64,000 bases of DNA from an uncultured archaeon (GTDB lineage: Archaea > Iainarchaeota > Iainarchaeia > Iainarchaeales > GCA-2688035), in NCBI GenBank assembly GCA_964354805.1, contig CAYHBD010000042.1:18038-82037 (forward strand), read 5' to 3'. Under the pieces are notes generated by a model. That model saw only the letters and a program-made list of their open reading frames with translations. It did not search any database and had not been told where the DNA came from. Position numbers and translations under genes: made by a program. Positions within the stretch are counted from its first letter, which is position 1, and each line of letters opens with the position of its first letter. This document shows, piece after piece, positions 1 to 8,036 of the stretch.

Positions 1-1430
1 TCCAATAGCCATAAATGCTCGTAGTTTTGCCCAGATTTGTCACGCACCTGTTTCCATCAACGTCTAAATTTGTCCTTATCGCTGTCCCGCTTCCCTGCGT
101 ACTTGTAGTGCTGTAATTGATGTCGGCATAGTGTATGCCGTAATTAACGTCGCCTGTTGCAACATTGAAGTCAATCGTTAAATTGCCGTCAACGGAATAA
201 GAGTAGGAAGGCATTGCAAAGCCAACATCGTGTCCATCAACATTCCAGACGTTTACATCGGGCACAGTGTTATCAACAGCAAAGCTCTTCTGCGTTGTCA
301 CAGTATTAGAATCAACGCCGTCTTTTATCTCAATCGTAACCCAATAATTGTTGTCGGCTATGCCTGAAATATTCCAGTCCCATTGGCACACCATCCCTGT
401 TTTTGCATTTGTATCACAGCTGCCAAAGCCAGCATTCGTGCTCAAATTGACGTCATTGATTATTCTCGTTGTCTTTGCATTCGCGCTTGCCCCATACCAC
501 ATATTAAAATTCAAATCATTGCTCTCATTATCATCAACCCTAAATTTTATCGCCAGATTCCCGTCTTTTACATAGCTGAATGCAGGCAGTGCTGCATTCA
601 AATCCCAGTTGTCCACTTTCCAGATGTTTGCATCCGGAGCCCTGTTTACAATGACCCTGAAGCTTTTTTGCGTTGTTGCAGTGTTTGAGTCAGTTCCATC
701 GTTGACTTCAATCGTAACCCAATAGTTGTTGTCAACAACAAACTGCCTGTGGATGTTGAAGTCCCATCGGCACACCATCCCTGTCGTTTTGCTGTTTGTA
801 TCGCATGCCCCCTTGATTGTGTTTGTGCTTAAATTTACGTCCCCAATTATTTTGTTCGTTTTAGCGTTTGCGCTCGTGCCATACCACATATTAAAATTCA
901 GGTCTTGCGTGCCATCAAGATCACTAGTTCTAAACTTTATTGTAAGGTTCCCATCTGTTTCATATTTGAACTTTGGCAGTGCTGCGTTGAAGTCTCTATT
1001 GTCCACTTTCCAGATATTAACATCAGGCACATTGTTTGCCGGTCCAGCAGGAGGATTCACCCTGAAGCTCTTCTGCGTTGTCACAGTGTTTGTATCGCTG
1101 CCGTCGTTTATTTCAACCGTAACCCAGTAATTGTTGTCGGAAACACCGGAAATATTAAAATCCCAGTTGCAAACCATCCCACTCTTGCTGTTTGTGTCGC
1201 ATGCCCCCTTGCTTGTGTTTGTGCTTAAATTTACGTCTCCAATTATTTTGTTTGTTTTACTGTTTGCGCTTATGCCATACCACATGTTGAAGTTCAAATC
1301 ATCATTGTCCTGGTCTGTTGCCCTGAACTTGATTGTAAGGTTTCCGTCAGATGCATAAGTGAAGGAAGGCATTGCCGCGTTCAGGTCAGAGGTTTCCACT
1401 TTCCAGATGGTTGCATTTGGCAAAGCGTTG
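1..1430 (-). repeat. four tandem ~125-135 aa (375-405 nt) beta-sandwich-like modules inside the giant CDS
   Basis: Repeated peptide PD(V/A)NIWKVDN.D.NAALP.F.Y..DGNL.IKFR..D....DLNFNMWYG.SAN.KT..I..DVNLSTN...G.CDTN.K.GMVC.WD.NI....NNYWVT.E.NDG.D.NT.TTQKSF. The nucleotide repeat aacccaRtaRttgttgtc recurs at ~340, ~715 and ~1120. Confidence 0.85.
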
Positions 1431-4400
1431 TATGTTATGAAGTTGTCGTCGAAAGAGAAGCGCTCTGCCCTCAGCCAGTTGCCGTCCCTTGCAATGCTTT
1501 GGATTCTTACCTCGTCAAGGTAGCCGTCAAAGTGGTCATCATTGAGAGTGTCCTTGCTGCCAATGCCCATGTTCCAGGTGTTTGAAACATTGCCGTCAGC
1601 GCCCGCGCTTGGGCCAACAACCCTGGTGCCATCTAGGTAAAGCGACTCGGTTGTATTTGCGGCATCCCTTACTCCAGCTATGTCGTGCCATAGGCTGTCA
1701 GGGACCTTTGTGTAATTGAGGTGATAGTCTATTCCATCCGGCCTTATGTTTAGATGGATGCTGTTGTTTGTTGCCTCATCCCCCCATTCTAGCTTCCACC
1801 AGTTGTTTGTGCCAGTGCAGCCTTTTCGCACTAGGTCTGAATCAGTCAGGGTTCTTCCTGTCTCTGCATTTGCCCTCACAGATAATGTGAAGCCGCCTAG
1901 TTCAAGGTTCAGGCTGTCGTTGTGTGGAACGCCAACATGGTCTCCATCCTGGTTTGTTATTGAAACAAAGAAAGGATAGTGGCCAAGGCCGTTTGCATCA
2001 GTGTTGTTTCTTGAGGTAATCCTCACTACGTTTGAATCGTTGTTGTTTGCTGTTGAATCAAAGTAGTTGCCGTCCAGCTCTGCAAAGTGGTAAACCGCCC
2101 TGTAGTTGCCGTCCCAAACCAGGGCATTGTTGTTGCCGTCTGTTGTACAGGGGTTTCCGTAGTCCATGTAAATGTAGTCTGTATTGGATGATTTGTCTAC
2201 TTTTGGAACCCTGACCCAGATCACGCTGTCCCCTGCCGTGTTCCAGTCATCTATTTCATAGTAAAGGGAGCTTCCGTCAGAATCGAAGAAGCGCAGGTCT
2301 CCGCCATTGCTTCTCCCAACCTTGCTGTAGTCAATCCTTGTTGGATCTAGTTTGACCATTACTGGGAAGTCGAACAGGTCACCGGTTTGGTAAATGTTTT
2401 TGAAATAAAGCTTCATCCTGTAGGGCCATGAGCCGGCGCACCAGATGTTAAAGTCTTTTTCCCCTGCATTGAAGTCAATATTATATCTGTCATTGACTGT
2501 TGTGAGAATATAGTAATTGCCTGCTTGCACTGAGGAAATGTTCCAGTTGTATTTGCAGTATCTTGCTGTGCTTAAATCATTGCTGTCGCAGTTTAAGGTA
2601 GCGAGATTCACGTCATTGATTATTGCAGTTCCGGTCCCTTGTGTTTGCGAGGAAGAATAATTCAGGTCAATGTTTAAATCAAATGAATTGTTGTCCAGAT
2701 CCCTTACATAAACATTGACGTCAATTGTTGGTGTAATATCCCTGTTGAAATTCTCGTCATTTTCAGGGTAAACAACATTGGCGTCAGGGCTTTGGTTTGA
2801 GGTTGTTATGGTGAAAGTGGCTTCTCCTGCATTGAAATCGCGGTTAGAGCCGTCGTTTACTTCTGAAAGAATATAGTAGTTGCCGTTTGGCACATTTGAA
2901 ATAGTCCATCGGTATTTGCAGTACTGCACTGTTTTAAGGTTGTTGCTGTCGCAGTTCCAGGTTGCAAGGTTTGAATCATCGACAATTACTGTTCCAGTGC
3001 CCTGGGTTTGGCTGGTTGAGTAATTGAGGTCAACTGTCATTGTAAAGGTGTTTGTATCATTGTCCTGGACAGTGATGTTGACATCAACCGTTGAAAGCAC
3101 ATCCCTGCTGAATGTTTCGCCTTTCTCAGGGTAAGCAACATTTGCGTCCGGCGTGGGTGTTGCAGCTGCAGCATTGCCAAAAGCAAAGTATAAAATCTCC
3201 CTGGCATTGCCGTCAACAGTTGTGTTGTTTACGGTAAATCCTGTTGAATCATTGGAAACGAAATCCATGTCCGCACCAAAAATTGGAGGACCTTCAACTA
3301 AAAATCTCAGGACTCTTGTCCTGTTTAAATCGGAATCAGCTACAGAAGTAGCTTTATTATCCAAATCGCCTGACCAGATGCTTCCTCTTTCAGAGGCACT
3401 TACTCCAACACCGAACGAAATTCTGCTCACTGATGAAACAGCGGCTGAGGTAGCGTTGCCCGCACTTTGGAATATTACCCCAGATGGCGTGAAACCAGTG
3501 GTTACAGATTGGTTGCCTGTTGAGGTTGCTTCATTAAAGCTGCCAGTATCATACTGCCCCCCTTTCAGGGCAATGTAATTTATGTAAACTGCGGTGCCGG
3601 GAGTTCCTGAAAAAGTAAGAGTGAATCCATTGGAATCCATTGACTTGATGACTGCTGTCCTTACTGCTACGCCTGTTCCACTTAAAGTGTTTTGGCATGA
3701 ATTAGTCCTTTGGTAACCATAGGTATTCGATACTCCAGTAGTTTGACTTTGTCTCATTGTGACGCGGCTATTTTGTTTTGTTGTTCCAACCACAAAACCT
3801 ATATTAAATGCATTATTGTTTACACTACCGGCTGCCGTAGGAGTAGTGGTAACTGTATTGTCAAAAATTATTAAAGCATCTGGCGTAAATCCCACACTTA
3901 CGGCTGTGTCAGCTACACCAGTTGGGGATAGAAAGCTTCCGACACTGGCATTCGTTAAATCGTCACCGCCCAATGCTATGTAATTGATTATTCTCTGCGA
4001 GGCATCGCAGGTTGTCCAGTTTATGGTAAAACCATCGGCATTCATTGACACAAAGTCTGCTTCGGCATTCACGAGGGAAGCAGCCCCAGTTCCCAGCGTG
4101 CTGACGCTTATTTGCGTTATGCATAAAGCGTTGCTCCACCTTTTTTTGCACGCAGCAATAACGTTATCTTTCGAAGCAGATGCTATCACAGCCCTCCGGG
4201 TAGAAGATGTAGCAGCCCCAAAAAACTCTTGCGCATTAACATCAGTGCCATCGGCGGTTTTATAATTGCCAAAGAAAATCACGAGTTTGGGTTGGAATCC
4301 AACACCGGTTATGGCCTGGTTTCCTGTTGTGGCATTGGGCTTGGCAAAGCTCCCGTATTTAACCAGCATTCCTGCTTGATTGTAAGCGTATTTTACGTCC

Positions 4401-5806
4401 TCTCCGAAAGTGAATTCCAGGGCGTGCTTTCCAGCCATCAAAACCTTGCTGGTTTCATAGCCTGTTTCATTGCATTCAAAGTTTCGGACAACAACAGCGC
4501 CGTCAATCCATTCGTATGGAATAACAGTTGAACCGCAGCGTATTTCCAAAAACCGCAATTGCTCTGAATCGCTTGAATTGCTCCAGGTTGTGCCGTTAAC
4601 CGCTTTTATTGCCAGGTCTGCTTTTCCAATTGTATTGAACCTGACTTCCCATTCCCCGCCAACTTGGGGATAGCTTTGCACGTTTATTATCGTGATTTCC
4701 GCGAAGCCAAAGACAGGGTCTTCTGGCGAAATGCTTATTGTTAGTGGTTCGTTGCCTGTGAAGGTTTTAACTGTCTGCCATTCTCCAGTGCAGCTGCTTG
4801 TTTCGCTGTTCCAGTCTTTGCATTTCAACACAGCGTTTGTCCCGCTTGGCGGTGAAAGCTGCAATTCGCCTGATGCAAATTCGCTTGCCGGATTTAACAG
4901 GAATGGCTTTTTTACTTCAATTCCGCTTTTTGTTTTGGTATTTTGCAGAAGCCGCAGCTCCAATAGGTTTGAATCGCCGCCTATTGCGGCTTTTCTGAGT
5001 ACTATTTTTTTAACTGAATTGTCGTCAATTTCCAATTCAACATCAAAGATTCCCTTGAATGCTTCCTCTTCGCCGGTTATTTCAGCCCCAAAAATTTCAG
5101 GTTTCTCTATTCCTGCTGTTGGCTGTTCTATGCTTCCTATAACAGCGCCATTTTCATCAATCAACCTCATTTTGTAGCCTATTTCTTTGCCTTCGCTGTC
5201 CTTTATGGAAACAGGGGGCAAAATCTTGGTTTCCTGCACTGATTCAATTATAACGCTTTCCTCTGCTTCTTCTCCCGTTTCTTCGATTATAACTATTTCC
5301 TCGCTTTCTGCCTTTGGCAAGTGCACGCATTTTGCTTCGCATGTTCCATCGTTGTTGCATAAATCAAGTGAAAGGGCGTTTGCGTCATCGCAGTCAATGT
5401 CGTTATTGCAGGCTATTTTGCATTCCGGCTGAATTAAAGCATTGGTGCAGTATGATTCGCAAGTGCCTTCATTATTGCATACATCAAGTGTTGCCGAATC
5501 CAAGTCATCGCAGTCTGAATCAGCACTGCAGGCTATCTCACATTCAGGCTGAACAGCTATGTTTGTACAATACGATTCGCAAGTGCCATCGCTGTTGCAT
5601 ACATCAATTGTTGTGGCTATCTTGTCATCGCAGCCTGAATCATTGTAGCAGGCAATTGCGCACCCTGGTGCATTCGCATCTGGGCCGTTGCCTAAGGCAG
5701 CGTATGCAAGCATTGTTGTGCTTATGGCTATCACAAGCAGCAGGAACAGCGCGCTTGAAACAATGCTGTGCCTGCCCTGCTGGCGCAGCAGCAATCGCCG
5801 TACCAA
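1..5806 (-). CDS. giant secreted or surface-anchored repeat protein (at least 1,930 aa; C-terminus lies beyond the left edge)
   Basis: My own reverse-strand translation gives one open frame from an in-frame TGA near 5878 down to position 1. It is absent from the ORF track because no stop is reached. The N-terminus VRRLLLRQQGRHSIVSSALFLLLVIAISTTMLAYA is a basic stretch plus a hydrophobic signal/anchor. There is no ATG upstream of the hydrophobic core; candidate starts are TTG 5806 or GTG 5875. Downstream come Cys-rich repeats, beta-modules, a DUF2341-like block (WPYRMKLYF..DLRFFDSDG..YYEIDDWN) plus a LamG-like block (..GYLDEVRI..), and Ig-like modules. Confidence 0.85.
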   Translation of the reverse strand, partial: MVRRLLLRQQGRHSIVSSALFLLLVIAISTTMLAYAALGNGPDANAPGCAIACYNDSGCDDKIATTIDVCNSDGTCESYCTNIAVQPECEIACSADSDCDDLDSATLDVCNNEGTCESYCTNALIQPECKIACNNDIDCDDANALSLDLCNNDGTCEAKCVHLPKAESEEIVIIEETGEEAEESVIIESVQETKILPPVSIKDSEGKEIGYKMRLIDENGAVIGSIEQPTAGIEKPEIFGAEITGEEEAFKGIFDVELEIDDNSVKKIVLRKAAIGGDSNLLELRLLQNTKTKSGIEVKKPFLLNPASEFASGELQLSPPSGTNAVLKCKDWNSETSSCTGEWQTVKTFTGNEPLTISISPEDPVFGFAEITIINVQSYPQVGGEWEVRFNTIGKADLAIKAVNGTTWSNSSDSEQLRFLEIRCGSTVIPYEWIDGAVVVRNFECNETGYETSKVLMAGKHALEFTFGEDVKYAYNQAGMLVKYGSFAKPNATTGNQAITGVGFQPKLVIFFGNYKTADGTDVNAQEFFGAATSSTRRAVIASASKDNVIAACKKRWSNALCITQISVSTLGTGAASLVNAEADFVSMNADGFTINWTTCDASQRIINYIALGGDDLTNASVGSFLSPTGVADTAVSVGFTPDALIIFDNTVTTTPTAAGSVNNNAFNIGFVVGTTKQNSRVTMRQSQTTGVSNTYGYQRTNSCQNTLSGTGVAVRTAVIKSMDSNGFTLTFSGTPGTAVYINYIALKGGQYDTGSFNEATSTGNQSVTTGFTPSGVIFQSAGNATSAAVSSVSRISFGVGVSASERGSIWSGDLDNKATSVADSDLNRTRVLRFLVEGPPIFGADMDFVSNDSTGFTVNNTTVDGNAREILYFAFGNAAAATPTPDANVAYPEKGETFSRDVLSTVDVNITVQDNDTNTFTMTVDLNYSTSQTQGTGTVIVDDSNLATWNCDSNNLKTVQYCKYRWTISNVPNGNYYILSEVNDGSNRDFNAGEATFTITTSNQSPDANVVYPENDENFNRDITPTIDVNVYVRDLDNNSFDLNIDLNYSSSQTQGTGTAIINDVNLATLNCDSNDLSTARYCKYNWNISSVQAGNYYILTTVNDRYNIDFNAGEKDFNIWCAGSWPYRMKLYFKNIYQTGDLFDFPVMVKLDPTRIDYSKVGRSNGGDLRFFDSDGSSLYYEIDDWNTAGDSVIWVRVPKVDKSSNTDYIYMDYGNPCTTDGNNNALVWDGNYRAVYHFAELDGNYFDSTANNNDSNVVRITSRNNTDANGLGHYPFFVSITNQDGDHVGVPHNDSLNLELGGFTLSVRANAETGRTLTDSDLVRKGCTGTNNWWKLEWGDEATNNSIHLNIRPDGIDYHLNYTKVPDSLWHDIAGVRDAANTTESLYLDGTRVVGPSAGADGNVSNTWNMGIGSKDTLNDDHFDGYLDEVRIQSIARDGNWLRAERFSFDDNFITYNALPNATIWKVETSDLNAAMPSFTYASDGNLTIKFRATDQDNDDLNFNMWYGISANSKTNKIIGDVNLSTNTSKGACDTNSKSGMVCNWDFNISGVSDNNYWVTVEINDGSDTNTVTTQKSFRVNPPAGPANNVPDVNIWKVDNRDFNAALPKFKYETDGNLTIKFRTSDLDGTQDLNFNMWYGTSANAKTNKIIGDVNLSTNTIKGACDTNSKTTGMVCRWDFNIHRQFVVDNNYWVTIEVNDGTDSNTATTQKSFRVIVNRAPDANIWKVDNWDLNAALPAFSYVKDGNLAIKFRVDDNESNDLNFNMWYGASANAKTTRIINDVNLSTNAGFGSCDTNAKTGMVCQWDWNISGIADNNYWVTIEIKDGVDSNTVTTQKSFAVDNTVPDVNVWNVDGHDVGFAMPSYSYSVDGNLTIDFNVATGDVNYGIHYADINYSTTSTQGSGTAIRTNLDVDGNRCVTNLGKTTSIYGYW
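2440..3150 (-). repeat. two further copies of a related ~120 aa module, N-terminal to the DUF2341/LamG block
   Basis: PDANV.YPE....F.RD....(V/I)DVN..V.D.D.N.F....DLNYS.SQTQGTGT.I..D.NLAT.NCDSN.L....YCKY.W.IS.V..GNYYIL..VND. Nucleotide similarity at ~2510 vs ~2877 (period ~365 nt). Confidence 0.8.
3165..4350 (-). repeat. three ~115-130 aa modules with signature GF.P..(V/I)IF ... (S)M(D/N)..GFT.N ... (I)NYIAL(G/K)GG
   Basis: Seen in my translation: TGVGFQPKLVIFFG..SMNADGFTINWT..IINYIALGGDD; SVGFTPDALIIFDN..SMDSNGFTLTFS..YINYIALKGGQ; TTGFTPSGVIFQSA..SNDSTGFTVNNT..ILYFAFGNAA. Confidence 0.7.
5335..5690 (-). repeat. three tandem 120-nt (40 aa) Cys/Asp-rich repeats
   Basis: The peptide C.IAC..D.DCDD.....(T/S).D.CN..GTCE..C........PE occurs three times. 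The nucleotide anchor gattcgcaagtgcc(t/a)tc lies at 5453 and 5573, with a degenerate copy at ~5341. Confidence 0.85.
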
Positions 5807-5846
5807 AAAATTGCAAGGCTGCCTGCTTGCATCAATTGCAGGGTGC

Positions 5847-6227
5847 CTACCTTGTTGCTGCGGCAATTTTCGCACCCCCTGTCATAGTTTGTTGGTTGGG
5901 CTTTTGTTTTGCAGAGCAAAACTCTTTTTTCCCAAGGCTTTTGCACTGTAGTGCAAAAGGCTTTTGTTTTGCAAACGGCAATTCTTTTGCTTCCAGCGCT
6001 ACAGGCGCAGTGCTGCTTTGCTCTATTCTGATGCATTTGCCCCTTGGGATAATTGTAGGCCTGCTGTTGCTGTTTTCAATTACCATCAGGTTGAATGAGT
6101 CGAAATCGAAGAATTTGCCTTCTTTGAATGAAACTGTGTTGGCTGTGTCGTTGTAGAAAACGCTTATCTCTTTTCCAAGTATTTCAAACAGCAGCTTGTC
6201 CTCCTTTTTGCCGTTCATTGCCCGCAT
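5847..6227 (-). CDS. Sm/LSm-like small protein, paralog 2, with an aberrant C-terminal tail
   Basis: The core MNGKKEDKLLFEILGKEISVFYNDTANTVSFKEGKFFDFDSFNLMVIENSNSRPTIIPRGKCIRIE is collinear with the upstream 74-aa paralog. The pattern resembles Sm1/Sm2 (G.l..fD..mNl.l.......ir...I..I). The track start at 6353 overlaps the upstream gene; ATG 6227 or 6218 fit the paralog's N-terminus. The ~55 aa tail crosses a palindromic element. Confidence 0.5.
   Translation of the reverse strand: MRAMNGKKEDKLLFEILGKEISVFYNDTANTVSFKEGKFFDFDSFNLMVIENSNSRPTIIPRGKCIRIEQSSTAPVALEAKELPFAKQKPFALQCKSLGKKEFCSAKQKPNQQTMTGGAKIAAATR
5925..5963 (-). repeat. palindromic element family A, copy 1
   Basis: Minus-strand reading: AAGCCTTTTGCACTACAGTGCAAAAGCCTTGGGAAAAAA. 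It lies in the 3' tail of ORF 5847..6353 and just upstream of the giant gene's start. Confidence 0.8.
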
Positions 6228-6313
6228 TCTGAAGATTGCCTTGGTTGAACGCTGCGCTGTCATTGGCTTGCCCCCTGCAATTTGAGGCACTGCCTTGGTT
6301 GAATGCTGAACGC

Positions 6314-6538
6314 TCATTGCTGTTCCTCTCCCGCTACTTCTATTCTTATGCATTTGTCTCTCGGGATGAGCGTTGGCTTGTTGTTGCTGTTTTCAAGTAT
6401 CTTTAAATTGCTGTTGTCAAAGTCGAGGAAGGTGCCGACTTTGAAAGAAACGGATTCAAAGGTATCATTATAGAAAATAGAGACTATTTTCCCCAAGCTA
6501 TCGCTGAGTAGCTTGTCCTTTCTATACTCCACCAACAA
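6314..6538 (-). CDS. Sm/LSm-like small protein, paralog 1
   Basis: 74 aa: KLLSDSLGKIVSIFYNDTFESVSFKVGTFLDFDNSNLKILENSNNKPTLIPRDKCIRIE. The assignment to an Sm-like fold rests on pattern only. Confidence 0.5.
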   Translation of the reverse strand: MLVEYRKDKLLSDSLGKIVSIFYNDTFESVSFKVGTFLDFDNSNLKILENSNNKPTLIPRDKCIRIEVAGEEQQ

Positions 6539-6559
6539 CCCCCAACCAAGAAGGACGTA

Positions 6560-6900
6560 ATAGAGAGGGCATTGCTGTATTTAATTGTTTCTTGGCTGTT
6601 TTTTTGGCGGAAAATCCGGGAATTTTGGCTTGTCTTTTGGAAAAATCCGGCAAAAAACAATTTTTCGGAAAAAAATAGCCAAAATTGCAGAATCAACCAA
6701 ACATATAGAAAAATATATGTTTGGTTGATTTGAAAAAAAAGCAGAAAATTGATTAATAAAATTAAGATGCGAAATAAAAAAACAGAAAAAATTAAATTTG
6801 GGAAATTGAAGAAGAAGAATTTGAAATTAAATAAAACCCAGAGAAAGAAAACAGAAAAAGACGAATTGTTTGATTGTTCATCGCAGGCATTCCGAAGTGT
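6560..6900. repeat. A-rich (T-rich on the coding strand) low-complexity intergenic tract
   Basis: Runs of A interspersed with GGAAA/CAGAAAA words. It shares the 11-mer GGGAAATTGAA with the tract at 16460..16690. It lies 3' of 6942..7847(-) and 5' of 6314..6538(-). Confidence 0.7.
6691..6730. promoter_or_regulatory. perfect 17-bp inverted repeat (hairpin or operator)
   Basis: AATCAACCAAACATATA-gaaaaa-TATATGTTTGGTTGATT. The arms are exact reverse complements. Confidence 0.6.
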
Positions 6901-6941
6901 TGCCCCCCAATCCTGCAATGACATCAATTGCTTTCCAATAG

Positions 6942-7847
6942 TCAGCGTAAGTATTCCAGCGTGTTGCTCCAGATGCCCGGGGTCATTGACGGGTCGTAGT
7001 TGAAGTAAACGACTTTTCCAATAAGCAGCCTCTTTTCAACTATTGCCGGGTAATAGGATGCTGTTGCAATGTTTTTGATGTATGCAATTATGTTTCCTGT
7101 TGGCTTTACGTCAAAGGTGATTATTGTCAGCGGCCCGTAAGCAGGGTCTGCCGGCGCTACTTCAATGCCCTCCATTATTTTGCTGTCATAGTCAACCCTG
7201 TGGACTTTTCCTGTTAAAACAATCGGCTGGACGCAGGTTGCCCTGTCGTTCGTGCCAATGTCGCAGTCTACAGGAATAATGTCTCTGAATGTTGCGCCCC
7301 ATCCGATTACGTCTGATGCAACGCCTGTTCCGTAAATTCCGCCGCTCCTGTAAATGCCTGAATCCATTACAACAACCAGCTTTCCGCCTGTTTTAACGTA
7401 ATTTTCAATCGCTTCTCCAAGTGTCCTTGAAACGCTTTTCTGGTAAGGGTTTGCGCCCAAATGCTGGTCAAGCAGAATGACATCGTATTGGGCAAGCTGT
7501 TCCCTTGGTGCAAACTCTAGGCCTGCCGGCTCTTTTATCTGGTAATAAACAAGGTCTCTCTGCGTGTCCAAATCAGACATTAAATGAATGCTCGGCTCTC
7601 CGATTACAAGCATTTTAATCGGGCCCCTGTCCCCCAAAAATGGAATCTGCCATAGGCCGAACCTGTGGCCCAAAAAAGCGGCAATGATAATAATCAAAAT
7701 CAGCGGGATTAATCCCTCGAGGTTTCTTGAAACAATAGAGCGCCTGCCTGATTGAGCAGGCATTGCTTCAGCACCGCCTTCTTCAGGATACATTCTTTCA
7801 ATCACCTTGTCAATTTTTTCCAAAATTGCTTTTAATCTTTTTCCCAA
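6942..7847 (-). CDS. membrane-anchored protein with a Rossmann-like (GATase1/ThuA-like) external domain; start uncertain
   Basis: TM segment LIPLILIIIIAAFLG, then KMLVIGEPS..YDVILLDQ..IENYVKTGGKLVVVMDSG. It has the same architecture as the neighbour 8037..9041. The track start is a TTG inside a palindromic element; the first ATG is at 7793. Confidence 0.55.
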   Translation of the reverse strand: MGKRLKAILEKIDKVIERMYPEEGGAEAMPAQSGRRSIVSRNLEGLIPLILIIIIAAFLGHRFGLWQIPFLGDRGPIKMLVIGEPSIHLMSDLDTQRDLVYYQIKEPAGLEFAPREQLAQYDVILLDQHLGANPYQKSVSRTLGEAIENYVKTGGKLVVVMDSGIYRSGGIYGTGVASDVIGWGATFRDIIPVDCDIGTNDRATCVQPIVLTGKVHRVDYDSKIMEGIEVAPADPAYGPLTIITFDVKPTGNIIAYIKNIATASYYPAIVEKRLLIGKVVYFNYDPSMTPGIWSNTLEYLR

Positions 7848-7875
7848 GGCTTTTTTGCGGAAGCAAAAAAGGCTT
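7838..7875 (-). repeat. palindromic element family A, copy 2
   Basis: Minus-strand reading: AAGCCTTTTTTGCTTCCGCAAAAAAGCCTTGGGAAAAA. It is identical to the ileS and tRNA-Pro(UGG) copies except for the loop. Confidence 0.85.
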
Positions 7876-8036
7876 AATTAATTTATTCAAATTAATCTGT
7901 TAATACTATTAATATTTGTTGCTTTTTCTCTTTTTAACACTTTCCTTTCGGGGAAAAAACTGCTATGCAATCTAAAACGCTTTTGTTATTTAAAAACCTT
8001 TCCTATTCTCTCCAAGCATCAGGGCAGGCTGTTTTT

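Noticed and set aside
348-1358. Three mutually similar plus-strand ORFs (348..575, 726..1130, 1131..1358), plus overlapping ones. They look like a small paralogous membrane-protein family.
   Set aside because: They are antisense shadows of the tandem ~125-aa modules of the giant minus-strand CDS. Their similarity simply mirrors that repeat. The minus-strand frame is open through the whole region and has coherent domain content.
5314-6156. A 280-aa Cys/His/Arg-rich plus-strand ORF.
   Set aside because: It is antisense to the Cys-rich repeats and signal anchor of the giant gene and to the Sm-like ORF. Its low-complexity composition is typical of an antisense artefact.
6560-6900. The A/T-rich tract with a perfect palindrome as a candidate replication origin.
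   Set aside because: I could find no repeated ORB-like boxes and no adjacent orc1/cdc6 gene. A second, similar tract occurs after the thermosome gene, so a terminator or low-complexity explanation is more economical.
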